The notes beneath the pieces were generated by a model. It did not search any database. It was not told the origin of the DNA and saw only the letters and a list, made by a program, of their open reading frames with translations. A program made the translations under genes and the position numbers. A stretch of DNA of 64,000 nucleotides, from positions 71,926 through 135,925 of the forward strand of contig NZ_JAVZIN010000001.1 of assembly GCF_038871235.1 (NCBI RefSeq), written 5' to 3'. Of the stretch, positions 46,859 through 57,169 are shown piece by piece. The DNA comes from Candidatus Hadarchaeum sp. (GTDB lineage Archaea > Hadarchaeota > Hadarchaeia > Hadarchaeales > Hadarchaeaceae). Every line of letters starts with the position of its first letter. The stretch's first letter is position 1.

Positions 46859-47716
46859 TTGAACAGGGAGAGAAGGTCTAAAGCGGTGAAGTTTAACATG
46901 CGGCTATATCCCCTCGCGATAATCCCATTGGTCTTGTCTCTGGGCGCGATAGTGGTCTCGGGCATAAATCCCGGGCCGCAGTCCTATCTTACCCTCGGCG
47001 TTGCCGGCGCCACTTTCTTGGTCTCCGCGGCGATATTATTCGCTTATTCTAGAAAATCCACTGAGGCCAAGCAGATCCCGCTGGAAAATTTCTCCGTCTG
47101 GGCTGACGTCGGCGAACCAGCTTCAGAGCTGAGAAGGCTGAGCCGGGGAGAGACCTTTGCCGCTGCCCAGATAGCTGCCACTGACCTAGATTCCCTCGCC
47201 GCAAACGCTGAACTGCTCCAAGCACGAACTTACATGCTCGTAGGCAAGGTCGGTTTTGAATCCGTCACCGAGGAGAAGATGCACAGGCGGGTGGAAGCGC
47301 TAGTGAACGACATCAACCATATCTCAAAATCCATCAGCACCTCTAAGGAATTAACTAAGGAAGTCATCCCTCAAATAGAACAGTGCGCCGCCCAAGCCGA
47401 ACGAATCGCCAATAAATTTTTTGAGCTTGAGGAAGGAAAACCAGAGACCATCTACATATACCTGGAGCCGCTGAGGAGAGCGGCTGAAAAGCTCTCCCGC
47501 GACCTGAGGCTGGCGGCAACCAACATCTCCAAATATCTGCTGTGGGAAGAAAAAGCGCCCGGCCAGGTAGAGACGCCCGCCCCGCTGGCTGCCTCCGGTG
47601 TTGAAGCCCCTCCTCAGCCCCCGCCAGCACCGACTGAACCTGAGTCGAAGACCTCGACCACTGAGATGCTCCCACAACCTGAACTACCCTCTGAACAACC
47701 GACCGAGAATAAATAA
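46859..47716 (+). CDS. hypothetical membrane-anchored coiled-coil protein with Pro-rich C-terminus
   Basis: 285 aa with two N-terminal TM helices, a helical middle and a C-terminal 'PPQPPPAPTEPE'. Confidence 0.3.
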   Translation: MNRERRSKAVKFNMRLYPLAIIPLVLSLGAIVVSGINPGPQSYLTLGVAGATFLVSAAILFAYSRKSTEAKQIPLENFSVWADVGEPASELRRLSRGETFAAAQIAATDLDSLAANAELLQARTYMLVGKVGFESVTEEKMHRRVEALVNDINHISKSISTSKELTKEVIPQIEQCAAQAERIANKFFELEEGKPETIYIYLEPLRRAAEKLSRDLRLAATNISKYLLWEEKAPGQVETPAPLAASGVEAPPQPPPAPTEPESKTSTTEMLPQPELPSEQPTENK

Positions 47717-47728
47717 AAGGGTCTGAAC

Positions 47729-48982
47729 GTGAAGCCGCATTTGAACCTGGTCTTTATCGGCCACGTTGACCACGGCAAATCAACCCTCATCGGGAGACTG
47801 CTGGTAGAGATGGGAGTCGTCAAGGAGAAGGAGCTTCTGGATGAAGCCGGAAGCTTCAAGTTCGCCTGGGTGATGGACAGGGAAAAGGAGGAAAGGGCGC
47901 GGGGGGTGACCATTGATATCGCCTACCAGAAGATCGAGACCCAGAAGAATGTCATTACCATAATCGACGCCCCGGGCCACCGCGACTTCGTCAAAAACAT
48001 GATCACGGGCGCGAGCCAGGCCGACGCGGCAGTGCTGGTTGTGGCCGCTGATGATGGGATTATGCCGCAGACCCGTGAGCACGCGGCACTGGCCTTTACC
48101 CTTGGTGTTGGCCAGATCATCGTCGCCATCAACAAGATGGACCTAGTGGGTTTTCGCCAGGAAGTTTATGAAGAGATAAAAAACAGCATGATCACCCTGC
48201 TCAGCAGCATCGGTTACCGAAATGCCTCAGAGTTGCCTTTTATCCCACTGGCGGCTTTCTTCGGCGAGGGCGTCACTAAACCCAGCCCAAAGATGCCCTG
48301 GTACAATGGACCCACCCTACTCGGAGCTCTGGAGAGGTTAAAGGAACCCGAGAAGCCGATAAACAAGCCCCTGAGGATCCCGATTCAAGATGTTTTCTCA
48401 ATTACTGGAGTTGGCACGGTACCGATAGGTCGCGTGGAAACCGGCGTCCTGAAAATTAAGGACATCGTCGTCTTTGAGCCTTCGGGCAGTAGCGGTGAGG
48501 TCCGCAGCATCGAGATGCACCACGAACAGATTCAGCAGGCGGTTCCGGGCGATAACATCGGCTTTAGCGTCAGAGGGGTCTCCAAGGATGAGGTGAGGCG
48601 GGGAGACGTCGCCGGCCATCTGACAAACCCGCCCACCGTCACCAATGAGTTCACAGGAAAAGTGGTCATCCTCGCCGTCCCTACTGAAATCTCGCCGGGA
48701 TTCACGCCGCTCTTCCACTGCCACGCGGCTCATGTCCCGGGAACCATAATCGAGATCCTGCAAAAAATAGATCCCAAGACCGGGGCGGTTGTCGAGGAAC
48801 ATCCGAAATCGCTGAGGAAGGGCGACGCGGGCGTCATCAGGGTCAGGCTGGCCAAGCCGATGGTGATCGAGCGATCCAGCGAACTCCCGGAGCTAAGCCG
48901 GTTCGCCATCAGGCACGCCGGACAGACCATTGCCGCCGGCATGTGCATTGACCTCGTTGAAATTAAGAGGGCCGCGAGATAA
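47729..48982 (+). CDS. EF1-alpha-family translational GTPase paralogue
   Basis: 417 aa. 'GHVDHGKST', 'IIDAPGHRDFVKNMITGASQADAAVLVV' and 'NKMD' are all present. Domains II and III are collinear with aEF1A. The segment after G3 reads 'AADDGIMPQTREH' rather than the longer a/eEF1A insert. Confidence 0.75.
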   Translation: MKPHLNLVFIGHVDHGKSTLIGRLLVEMGVVKEKELLDEAGSFKFAWVMDREKEERARGVTIDIAYQKIETQKNVITIIDAPGHRDFVKNMITGASQADAAVLVVAADDGIMPQTREHAALAFTLGVGQIIVAINKMDLVGFRQEVYEEIKNSMITLLSSIGYRNASELPFIPLAAFFGEGVTKPSPKMPWYNGPTLLGALERLKEPEKPINKPLRIPIQDVFSITGVGTVPIGRVETGVLKIKDIVVFEPSGSSGEVRSIEMHHEQIQQAVPGDNIGFSVRGVSKDEVRRGDVAGHLTNPPTVTNEFTGKVVILAVPTEISPGFTPLFHCHAAHVPGTIIEILQKIDPKTGAVVEEHPKSLRKGDAGVIRVRLAKPMVIERSSELPELSRFAIRHAGQTIAAGMCIDLVEIKRAAR

Positions 48983-49017
48983 CTCGATCACGAGTTACTC
49001 AGCTGCTTCGCCCTGAT

Positions 49018-49326
49018 TCATCTCATCTTTTCCCTTACCGCTTCCACCTTCGACTCCATGGTCATCCTTTTGTCGCGACGCTCATCTAGGTTTATCTTGG
49101 TCACGATTCGAGAAACGCCCATCTTGAAAACCGCCTCCTGCATCTCCAGAGCCAGCCGTAACAGCTCCTCAGTTTCTCCTTCCACGATGGTTCCCATGGC
49201 CGTGACCTGATACTTCGCCCCCTTGCTTTCCAGAACCCCCACCGCCGCAGCCACATAATTGCTGACCGAAGCACTCCCCGTGCCCACAGGGACGATGCTA
49301 ATCTCCATTAGTGCCATAACTGCCAC
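49018..49326 (-). CDS. MTH1187/YkoF-family (thiamine-binding-like) protein
   Basis: 102-aa DUF77 fold. Confidence 0.6.
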   Translation of the reverse strand: MAVMALMEISIVPVGTGSASVSNYVAAAVGVLESKGAKYQVTAMGTIVEGETEELLRLALEMQEAVFKMGVSRIVTKINLDERRDKRMTMESKVEAVREKMR

Positions 49327-49400
49327 CCAACCAAGCTTGCTCAGAGAAGTAAATAAAACCGTTGCCTCGCCACCAGCAACGAGGGAATGCAGCCGGGGAA

Positions 49401-50051
49401 TCAGTAATTTTCGCTCAGCAGCTCATAGTATGCCTGAGGGTGCTTGCAGGCGGGACAGACTTTTGGTGCCTCCATCCCCTCATGGACATAGCCGCAGTTC
49501 CGGCACTTCCACTTCACCACTCGGTCCTTTCGAAAAACAGTGTTGTTCTCCAAATTCTCCAGCAGCTTCCGATATCTCTTCTCGTGCTGCTCTTCAACCT
49601 CAGCTATTTCCCTGAAAGAATCGGCTATCTCGTCAAAGCCCTCTTCCCTAGCCACCTTTTCGAACTCGGGGTAAAGTGTTCCCCACTCCATCCTCTCCCC
49701 TTCGGCAGCGGCCAGCAAGTTCTCCTTGGTGGTCCCGATTTTCCCGGCAGGATAGGCCGCCTCGATAGCGACTTCCCCTCCCTCCAAGTATTGGAAGAAC
49801 ACTTTGGCGTGCTCCTTCTCATTATCCGCGGTCTCAAGAAATATCGCACCGATCTGCTCATAACCCTCTTTTTTGGCGACGCTGGCAAAATAGGTATACC
49901 TATTTCTGGCCTGGCTCTCACCGGCAAATGCCTTCAGAAGGTTCTTCTCCGTCCGACTACCCTTTAACCTCATTACATCATCCCCTGATAAACTAAAGCC
50001 CCCCTGTTTAAAAATATCTGCAAAATAAAAACCGATTTTCTGAATCAGCAA
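49401..50051 (-). CDS. rbr: rubrerythrin
   Basis: Di-iron ferritin-like N-domain plus a C-terminal rubredoxin 'CRNCGY...CPAC'. Confidence 0.8.
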   Translation of the reverse strand: MLIQKIGFYFADIFKQGGFSLSGDDVMRLKGSRTEKNLLKAFAGESQARNRYTYFASVAKKEGYEQIGAIFLETADNEKEHAKVFFQYLEGGEVAIEAAYPAGKIGTTKENLLAAAEGERMEWGTLYPEFEKVAREEGFDEIADSFREIAEVEEQHEKRYRKLLENLENNTVFRKDRVVKWKCRNCGYVHEGMEAPKVCPACKHPQAYYELLSENY

Positions 50052-50056
50052 ACCTT

Positions 50057-50863
50057 TTAGAGCTTCGGGATTTCCGGAGGCCTGAGCTTGTGGAGACTCC
50101 TGCGCTCACGTTCGACAATCGACTTCACTTCATCCAGCCTCAGACCAACTGTTTTTGCAATCGCAACTGGCTTAAGACCCAGATCCAAGCCAGCGAAAAT
50201 CATGTCAAGATTCTTATAACTTATACCTAACTCGCCCTCATCTGTTTGGCCCGGCCACAGCCCCGCCGTTGGTGTCTTATCCACTATCTGCTTAGGGATG
50301 CCAAGATAACAGGCCAGTTCCCTCACCTGTGTCTTATACAGCGCGCCCAAGGGGGCTAAATCAGATGCACCGTCCCCGTATTTGGTGAAATATCCCGTCC
50401 TAAGCTCGCTCCGGTTACTACATCCCACGACAAGCCTGTTCAACATGTTGGCGTAGTAATAAAGCACGACCATGCGAACCCTGGGCAGAATGTTGGCGTT
50501 TGGCAGTTTGGCCTCGGGTTTAAATTCCAGCTGGCCTCGCAGAGCCTTTACCACCGGAGCGATGTCAATAACCCTGAAATCTATGCCCAGCTTCTCCGCA
50601 ACCAGCCGGGCATCGGCTACGTCGCTAGGGTCTGATACCCCAACTTCAGGAAGTGAAATTCCCAACACCTTTTCTGGACCAAGTGCTCTTACGCAGAGGA
50701 CTGCCGTAACGGAGGAATCAATTCCGCCGCTGAGGCCTATGACAACACCATCGGCGCCAGACTCACGAACCTTGTTTTTGATAAAGGTAATCAGCTTTTT
50801 TTCCACCGCGACCGGATTAATTTTCAGCACTCTAGCAATCTGTTTCAATTCCTCTTCAGACAT
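50057..50863 (-). CDS. nadE: NH3-dependent NAD+ synthetase
   Basis: PP-loop 'GLSGGIDSSV'. Confidence 0.85.
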   Translation of the reverse strand: MSEEELKQIARVLKINPVAVEKKLITFIKNKVRESGADGVVIGLSGGIDSSVTAVLCVRALGPEKVLGISLPEVGVSDPSDVADARLVAEKLGIDFRVIDIAPVVKALRGQLEFKPEAKLPNANILPRVRMVVLYYYANMLNRLVVGCSNRSELRTGYFTKYGDGASDLAPLGALYKTQVRELACYLGIPKQIVDKTPTAGLWPGQTDEGELGISYKNLDMIFAGLDLGLKPVAIAKTVGLRLDEVKSIVERERRSLHKLRPPEIPKL

Positions 50864-50871
50864 GCCATCAC

Positions 50872-51693
50872 CTAGAATTTTCTGGGATAGGAACCGAGGA
50901 TCCTCAGCATCGCAGTTTTCCTTTCAACCTCTCTGAGGGCCTCCTTGACCTTTCTGTCCTCGCGGTGCCCCTCCAAGTCTATGAAGAAGAGGTAATCACC
51001 CAAGGCCTTTTTGGAGGGTCGGGATTCTATCTTGGTGAGGTTAATCTTCCTCACCGCGAACTCTCCAAGTATTTCATGCAAAATACCTGGCCTATCATCC
51101 GCCGTGTAAAAGACGATGGATGTCTTATCTCTGCCGGTTCTGCGGCTGTCCTCCTTGGCGATATGTAAAAAGCGAGTAATGTTCCTTTCGCCGCTTTGGA
51201 TGTTGTCCCTCAACACCTGCAAATTATATAATTTCGCCAGCATCCGGGGGCCAATGGCCGCAATGTGTGGCTGTCCTAGCTTGCTCACCTGCTCCGCTGA
51301 TCTCGCCGTGCTACCCATCTCCACTATCTCCGCCATGGGTAGATTCTTTCTCAAAAATTCCCGGCACTGGGCGATTGCCTGTGGATGTGAGAGGACCTGG
51401 GTTATCTTCTCAATCTTGGATCCCTTCACCCCGAGCAGAGCGTGCGTAATTGGGAGGACGATCTCACCCTTTATCTTAACATCGGCCCAGGTAAGTGCAT
51501 CAAGCGACTCGCCCACCGATCCTTCCCTCATGCTCTCCACTGGGATAACGCCGGCATCAACCTCGCCTCGAGCGACCGCCTCAACAACGTCCGATATCGT
51601 TGGATATAGTACTACCTCAGCCCGTCCCTTGAACTGGGACCAAGCGGCGATCTCCGAGTAGGTACCACGGGGGCCCAGCGCGCCAACCTTCAT
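50872..51693 (-). CDS. pheA: prephenate dehydratase
   Basis: 273 aa with PDT and ACT domains. Confidence 0.8.
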   Translation of the reverse strand: MKVGALGPRGTYSEIAAWSQFKGRAEVVLYPTISDVVEAVARGEVDAGVIPVESMREGSVGESLDALTWADVKIKGEIVLPITHALLGVKGSKIEKITQVLSHPQAIAQCREFLRKNLPMAEIVEMGSTARSAEQVSKLGQPHIAAIGPRMLAKLYNLQVLRDNIQSGERNITRFLHIAKEDSRRTGRDKTSIVFYTADDRPGILHEILGEFAVRKINLTKIESRPSKKALGDYLFFIDLEGHREDRKVKEALREVERKTAMLRILGSYPRKF

Positions 51694-52547
51694 GGTCCTC
51701 CTCCCTCAAACCGTCGATACAAATCTGCGTAGGCCCGCTTAACCTCATTCCTTCCGAACAAGGCCACCGCCTTGCCAACAATGGTTCTGACGGCCTTTAA
51801 ATCACCCCTAGCCAATAAAGCATTCAAGGAATGAAATGCCTCTATTGCCGATTGTCTCACCAGCTCGGAATATTTATTCTGCTGTTGAATTTCCAGATAC
51901 AGTTCCGGCTTGCCCGCCGAGGCCGCTTTCGCCAGCTCAACCAGCGCCGAGAACATCGGCGTCCGCATTCTTCGGGATATCTTCCCGCCATTGAGCGCCC
52001 TTAACGCTTGGACGTAGGAAAGTAGAATGAAATGGGACAGACATTGGACAACTGCCATGGTTCGGTCGTGAAGTTCTGCGTCCATCTCAATGACCCGTGC
52101 GCCATCACTCCTGAGCAGTTCCTTCAGCTTCCGATAACGTTTTCCTGGCCTGACTGGAATTGCCACCACGTCCTTGTTTTTCAGGCTTGAGGCCCCCGGT
52201 CCGAAGAGCGGGTGAATTGAAACCAGCTCAACGTCTTTTTCTATTCTCTCCATCGTCTTTACCACCTCTAGTTTAACCGAGGCCACATCAGCTATCAGCG
52301 CGCCGCTCTTGGCTTCCCCTGCTACCTCCAGCAAAACTTTTGGCGTGGCTGAAATAGGAACTGCAATAAATATTATGTCAGCCTCAGCCGCGGCATTTCT
52401 TGCCAGCGCGGCCTTGACCTTTAACTCCGCGGCCAACTTTCTGGCCTTAAGGCGATTGACATCAGAAACAACAACTTCGCCTAAGCGTTTGGAGAACTTT
52501 GCCAGCCACTTTCCCATTTCACCAGCACCTATAACTGCCGTCTTCAA
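51690..52547 (-). CDS. tyrA: prephenate dehydrogenase
   Basis: Rossmann 'VIGAGEMG'. Confidence 0.75.
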   Translation of the reverse strand: MKTAVIGAGEMGKWLAKFSKRLGEVVVSDVNRLKARKLAAELKVKAALARNAAAEADIIFIAVPISATPKVLLEVAGEAKSGALIADVASVKLEVVKTMERIEKDVELVSIHPLFGPGASSLKNKDVVAIPVRPGKRYRKLKELLRSDGARVIEMDAELHDRTMAVVQCLSHFILLSYVQALRALNGGKISRRMRTPMFSALVELAKAASAGKPELYLEIQQQNKYSELVRQSAIEAFHSLNALLARGDLKAVRTIVGKAVALFGRNEVKRAYADLYRRFEGGGP

Positions 52548-53398
52548 CCAACCACCTTCCCTATTTCACGTCTAACTGCGTCTTCCATAACTTTGATGGG
52601 TGCCCTCTTTCCTGTCCAAATCTCGAAGGCCAGAGCCCCCTGTCTCACCAGCATGCCCAAGCCATCAACTGTCATGGCCCCTGCTTTCTCCGCCTCCAGC
52701 AACAGACGGGTTCGAATGGGCTTGTAAACGATATCATAAACGGTCAGATTCCGGTGCATCATCTCCGCTGTCACCAGCGTCTCATCTATCCTCGGCCGCA
52801 TGCCAACCGAAGTGGCATTAATCAGGACCTCCGTGTTCGTGATAAATCTCTTAAGCGTCCTTCGGTCTATGGAGATAGTTGGCACCTCTTTTCCCAGCTT
52901 CTGCTCAATCAATGAAGCCAGTTCCTTCGCCCGCGACACCGTCCGGTTAGCGATGCTAAGCTCCGCCCCGGCCTTGAGCAACGAAAAGGCAATGGCCCGC
53001 GCGGCACCTCCGGCTCCAAGCAACAGTACCCTCTTGCCTTTCACTTTGCCAACTTTCTCTTCAAGATATCTCAGCGCACCTTCGCCATCTGTGTTAAAGC
53101 CAACCAGCTTGCCGCGGCTGTTTTTTATCGTGTTGACTGCCCCGGCTAAAGCCGCTGATTCATCCAATGCGTCTAAGAACTTCATCACAGCAATTTTGTG
53201 CGGGATGGTGACGTTGAGCCCGGCAATCCCCATTTTCCTAGTTCCGGCAATGGCATCCCCAAGTAAATTTTCTGGAACTCTAACGGCCACGTAGATATGG
53301 TTGAGCCTCAGTTTCTTGAAGGCCGCGTTCATCATCGCCGGGGAAAGGGAGCCCGCCACAGGGTCTCCGATAAGCATGAAGACCTTTAGGGATTTCAA
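52544..53398 (-). CDS. aroE: shikimate dehydrogenase
   Basis: 284 aa AroE fold. Confidence 0.8.
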   Translation of the reverse strand: MKSLKVFMLIGDPVAGSLSPAMMNAAFKKLRLNHIYVAVRVPENLLGDAIAGTRKMGIAGLNVTIPHKIAVMKFLDALDESAALAGAVNTIKNSRGKLVGFNTDGEGALRYLEEKVGKVKGKRVLLLGAGGAARAIAFSLLKAGAELSIANRTVSRAKELASLIEQKLGKEVPTISIDRRTLKRFITNTEVLINATSVGMRPRIDETLVTAEMMHRNLTVYDIVYKPIRTRLLLEAEKAGAMTVDGLGMLVRQGALAFEIWTGKRAPIKVMEDAVRREIGKVVG

Positions 53399-54150
53399 CC
53401 TCCGCCCTCCCTCGGCATTAGTTTTTGCAGCAGGAGTTTGGTCTCAGCGACATCAAACTGCCCAGGTGCGGTTGGTCTGCCGACGCTGGCGTAGGTTAAA
53501 GGAGAGCCAAGCATCAGGCTGGCGATTCTGGTTATCCTGCCTGCCTCCCCCATGGCAAAGGCCACCACCGGGACTGAAATTTCATCCTGAACATCAACGA
53601 GGAAATCCAGAACTCTTATCGAATCGGTGGGATCATGGGCCATCGTCACCAACTTAATCACATCTCCACCGGCCTTGACCATTTTACCCGCCATCCTCTT
53701 GAGCGCTTTAATTCCAGGCGTCATTGAAAAATCGTGCCATGACATCAACACCGAAACCCCTTCCTGTCTAGCCGCTGTCACCACCTTATCCCTGAGGGAT
53801 TTAGGTGTGGAGAACTCGAGATCCACGCAGGGCACCTGGTTCTCGATGGCCTCCAGAATTATCTCAACCCGTTCCCCCTCGCTTCCTGAAAAAGCTCCAC
53901 CCTCTCTCTTCGGCCGATGGGTAAAGATCAGGGGTAAATCATCCTTCAGAATTTTCTGCCAACCTTCCTTATCCCCAAGGCTGTCCATCCTCAGCTCAAC
54001 CAGATCGGCACCCCTCTTCAGCGCTAGAGAAATGGCCCGGCTCATCTCACGCACGTTCCTGCCCTCCACGGCGCCGCAAACTGCAGGAGTTTTGACAACG
54101 AGCCTTCCCAGTTTAAGCTCATTCAAAGAGAACACCGACTTATCTCTCAA
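53395..54150 (-). CDS. aroD: 3-dehydroquinate dehydratase, type I
   Basis: 251 aa. Confidence 0.8.
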   Translation of the reverse strand: MRDKSVFSLNELKLGRLVVKTPAVCGAVEGRNVREMSRAISLALKRGADLVELRMDSLGDKEGWQKILKDDLPLIFTHRPKREGGAFSGSEGERVEIILEAIENQVPCVDLEFSTPKSLRDKVVTAARQEGVSVLMSWHDFSMTPGIKALKRMAGKMVKAGGDVIKLVTMAHDPTDSIRVLDFLVDVQDEISVPVVAFAMGEAGRITRIASLMLGSPLTYASVGRPTAPGQFDVAETKLLLQKLMPREGGG

Positions 54151-55261
54151 CTACGGTCTCCTCAACACTGACGCCGAAGTGTCTCCCCGCCTTCTCCACA
54201 TGAATGAGAACTTCATCGCCGGGCCTCAGCTTGGCCACGGAAATCGGATTGCCATCCTTGCTGACGAGATTAATCGTCTCCGCGTTCTGGAGAAGGGTCT
54301 TGTAAATCTCGCCCGCGTATTCGACCTCGACCAACAGCAGCGGTCGTCTCTCTATCTTAACCCTGCCTACTGTGGCCACTCTGGTCTCCCCCCTGAAGTT
54401 CACCAAGAGAACCTCGTCACCAGCGCTGAGCTCCGACATGTACTTAGTCTTGCCTCCCGGCAATCTGATATAGGCATGGACGGCTCCGGCATTAACCCGA
54501 AACGGCCGCGGAGCCACAAATTCGCTGGTTAAGGTCTCCGAATGTACTAAAAACATGCCACTGCTTTGACTACCCACCAGCATGCCCTCGCCAATGGTCA
54601 TTAAAGAAGCAGTATCAATACAAGCCCGGTCGCCCATTCCCACTGGCCTGACCAACCTCACCGTGGCGGGGACGAGCTCCAGCCTCTCCCGCGAAAGTGA
54701 CTCCAGCATTTCACCGACCTTGTTAATTTCCTCCGGTCCTCGCTCTCTGGCATCCAGAAGAACGCCCGCAGTTCCCACCTCCAACGTTTCAACGGCGACC
54801 CTGGCCTCGGTGGCGTCTTTTACTCCAGCCAGGACCTTCACGTCCGTCCGCTGCAGCTCTGCGATCATGTTTTCTAAGGGGATAACCTTCCAGTCGGGTG
54901 TGACCGCTATCAGATAATCCACACCTTTTCCAACCTCGACCGCTGCCCTCTCCATTTCCTTGTTTGAAACCTCAACGAGAACGGCGACCTTCGCCTGGGC
55001 GCGCAGACTTTTTGCATGCCTCAGCACTTCTTCGACCTCACCGCTCTTCGCCAGGTTGAGGACGACAATGCTGATTCCAGGAGCAAGTTCCCGGGCGGCC
55101 ATCAGGATGGTGCCCTGCTTGAGGACTTCGGAAGCCTCCTCAGGCTTTATCAACACAGCGTCGGCTCCTGTTTCTATGGCTGCTTTGACAAACGGCTTCT
55201 TTGACTCCCAAGCTTCATCCCAGTCCGCCCTGACCCAGAGTAGCCTACGCAAAAGGCTCAC
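54140..55261 (-). CDS. aroB': 3-dehydroquinate synthase II (archaeal ADH-pathway type)
   Basis: 373 aa, COG1465-like. Confidence 0.75.
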   Translation of the reverse strand: MSLLRRLLWVRADWDEAWESKKPFVKAAIETGADAVLIKPEEASEVLKQGTILMAARELAPGISIVVLNLAKSGEVEEVLRHAKSLRAQAKVAVLVEVSNKEMERAAVEVGKGVDYLIAVTPDWKVIPLENMIAELQRTDVKVLAGVKDATEARVAVETLEVGTAGVLLDARERGPEEINKVGEMLESLSRERLELVPATVRLVRPVGMGDRACIDTASLMTIGEGMLVGSQSSGMFLVHSETLTSEFVAPRPFRVNAGAVHAYIRLPGGKTKYMSELSAGDEVLLVNFRGETRVATVGRVKIERRPLLLVEVEYAGEIYKTLLQNAETINLVSKDGNPISVAKLRPGDEVLIHVEKAGRHFGVSVEETVVER

Positions 55262-56058
55262 CGCTTAAGCTCACGCATCGCCTGCTCGATAGTAGCGCCC
55301 TCATGAACTATACGCGCCAGAGCTCTAGTCATCGCGGTCGGGTTCTTGTGCTGGAAAATGTTCCGGCCGATGGAAATCCCGATGGCGCCGGCGCTCAGAG
55401 CCTCTGATGCTAATTTCAGAACATCCAAATCCGTGTTCATCTTCGGTCCCCCAGCGATCACAATTGGCACTGGACATCCTTTCACCACCTTACTAAAGGA
55501 CTTGACATCACCGGTGTAAACGGTCTTCACGATATCAGCGCCAAGCTCAGCGCCTACGCGGGCAGCATGGGCTACCAGTGTCGGATCATGTTGGTCCTTG
55601 ACCTTAGGTCCCCGGGGATACATCATCGCAAATAATGGCATGCCCCAAGTGTCGCAGGACTCAGCCACCTCGCCCAAGTGCTGCAGCTGTTCCTCCTCAT
55701 TGGGCGCACCGACGTTAATGTGAACCGAAACTCCATCGGCACCCAGAGCGATCGCCTCCTCCACACTAGCAACCGGCACCTTGCAGTTAGGGTCGGGCCC
55801 AATCGAGGTGCTACCGGAGAGATGGATAATCAGCCCCAGATCTCTTCCGTAACCTCGATGACCAGCACGAACGATTCCCTTGTGTAGCACCACGGCATTA
55901 GCGCCGCCATCGGCCACCTTGTTCACGATGGCTGCCATGTTTTCCAAGCCTGAGATGGGACCCATTGACAGCCCGTGGTCCATCGGGACGATTACCGTCC
56001 GTTTGGTCTTGCGGTCAATTATCCGCTCTAGCCTAATGCGCTTACCGGCTTCGGACAA
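55258..56058 (-). CDS. aroA': 2-amino-3,7-dideoxy-D-threo-hept-6-ulosonate synthase (class I aldolase DhnA-type)
   Basis: 266 aa class I aldolase fold. Position within the aro cluster. Confidence 0.7.
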   Translation of the reverse strand: MSEAGKRIRLERIIDRKTKRTVIVPMDHGLSMGPISGLENMAAIVNKVADGGANAVVLHKGIVRAGHRGYGRDLGLIIHLSGSTSIGPDPNCKVPVASVEEAIALGADGVSVHINVGAPNEEEQLQHLGEVAESCDTWGMPLFAMMYPRGPKVKDQHDPTLVAHAARVGAELGADIVKTVYTGDVKSFSKVVKGCPVPIVIAGGPKMNTDLDVLKLASEALSAGAIGISIGRNIFQHKNPTAMTRALARIVHEGATIEQAMRELKR

Positions 56059-56195
56059 CCTTTACACCTCCTTTTGAGATATGCCGCGCATGGATTAAAA
56101 ACGTGTAGGGGAGCTTTTCTGGACATTTAGACCACGGCTAGCTGAATAAGCGTCGGGCTGCCCCACCTCTTACTCATTGTTACCTATCCTTATCA

Positions 56196-57056
56196 TCATA
56201 TTGAAAGAAGAAATAAGCCCACCAAGAACGATGCGATGCCAATCGTTTGGTTAATGTCAACGGTTTCATGGTAAAATATCTTGGCCAAGATAATGGTGAC
56301 TATCGGTGAGGATGCTGTTATTGGCGCCACGATGGCGGTATATTCTGAGTTCACGCCCAAGCCATAACCCAAGAAAGCAAGAAACTCCAACAGCCCTATT
56401 AAAATTATGAATGTTGCGGCGACTTTTGGAAAAGACACGTTTCTCCCTGAGGTGCTTGAATAAATGATCAGCAGGGGGAGTGAAAAAAATTTGATGAAGA
56501 AAATCGGCAAGAACCAGCCAAGTTCAGAGACCAGGTAATCGACAATGGCATACTGAACGCCAAAGGCAAACAATGCCAAGAGCGCATAACTGACCCCAGC
56601 AGCCAAGTTCATCTGCCTTAGCCCCAGCATGTCTTGCCATTTGAAGGAAACCAACACAACGGCACAGATCACCAGAGCCACGCCAGCCAATCTAGCACCA
56701 GTCAATGTTTCATCTAAAAAGATCAGACAAAGGATCACCGTGAGAACGACCCATGAAGCGGAAATGGGCGTAACCACAGACACCTGCCCCACCTGTAAAC
56801 TCTTATAGAGGGCCAAGTAAGCCGTGATGTGAAGAAAGCTGCAGCCGAAAATAGTTCCCAGCAAAAATCCAGAGATTGGGGGCAACTCAAAGAAAAACAG
56901 AAGGGTCAAAAAATAAAAAAATAAGCTGACCACTTCCCCCCACAAAAATGCCCTGAAGACGCTTACGCTTTTGACAACTTTCACCACCAAAAAATCGGCG
57001 AGGCCCCAGCAAAACATGGCGACGAGTCCAAAAATGATGCCGACAGGTAAACTCAT
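56196..57056 (-). CDS. EamA/DMT-family transporter
   Basis: 286 aa with 10 TM and two EamA repeats. Confidence 0.65.
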   Translation of the reverse strand: MSLPVGIIFGLVAMFCWGLADFLVVKVVKSVSVFRAFLWGEVVSLFFYFLTLLFFFELPPISGFLLGTIFGCSFLHITAYLALYKSLQVGQVSVVTPISASWVVLTVILCLIFLDETLTGARLAGVALVICAVVLVSFKWQDMLGLRQMNLAAGVSYALLALFAFGVQYAIVDYLVSELGWFLPIFFIKFFSLPLLIIYSSTSGRNVSFPKVAATFIILIGLLEFLAFLGYGLGVNSEYTAIVAPITASSPIVTIILAKIFYHETVDINQTIGIASFLVGLFLLSI

Positions 57057-57169
57057 AAAAACAATTTTATAAACGGAGTACTTAAGCTAATCTGAAAAAC
57101 AACATTTTTCATCGATTAAAATTAAGATTCAGGCCAAAATATTTAACTAATAAAGTACATGTAAAATCG

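Noticed and set aside
47729-48982. Calling this gene the canonical translation elongation factor tuf.
   Set aside because: The shortened G-domain segment and the non-ribosomal context argue for a paralogue. I cannot exclude that it is the sole copy, so I label it only as EF1A-family.
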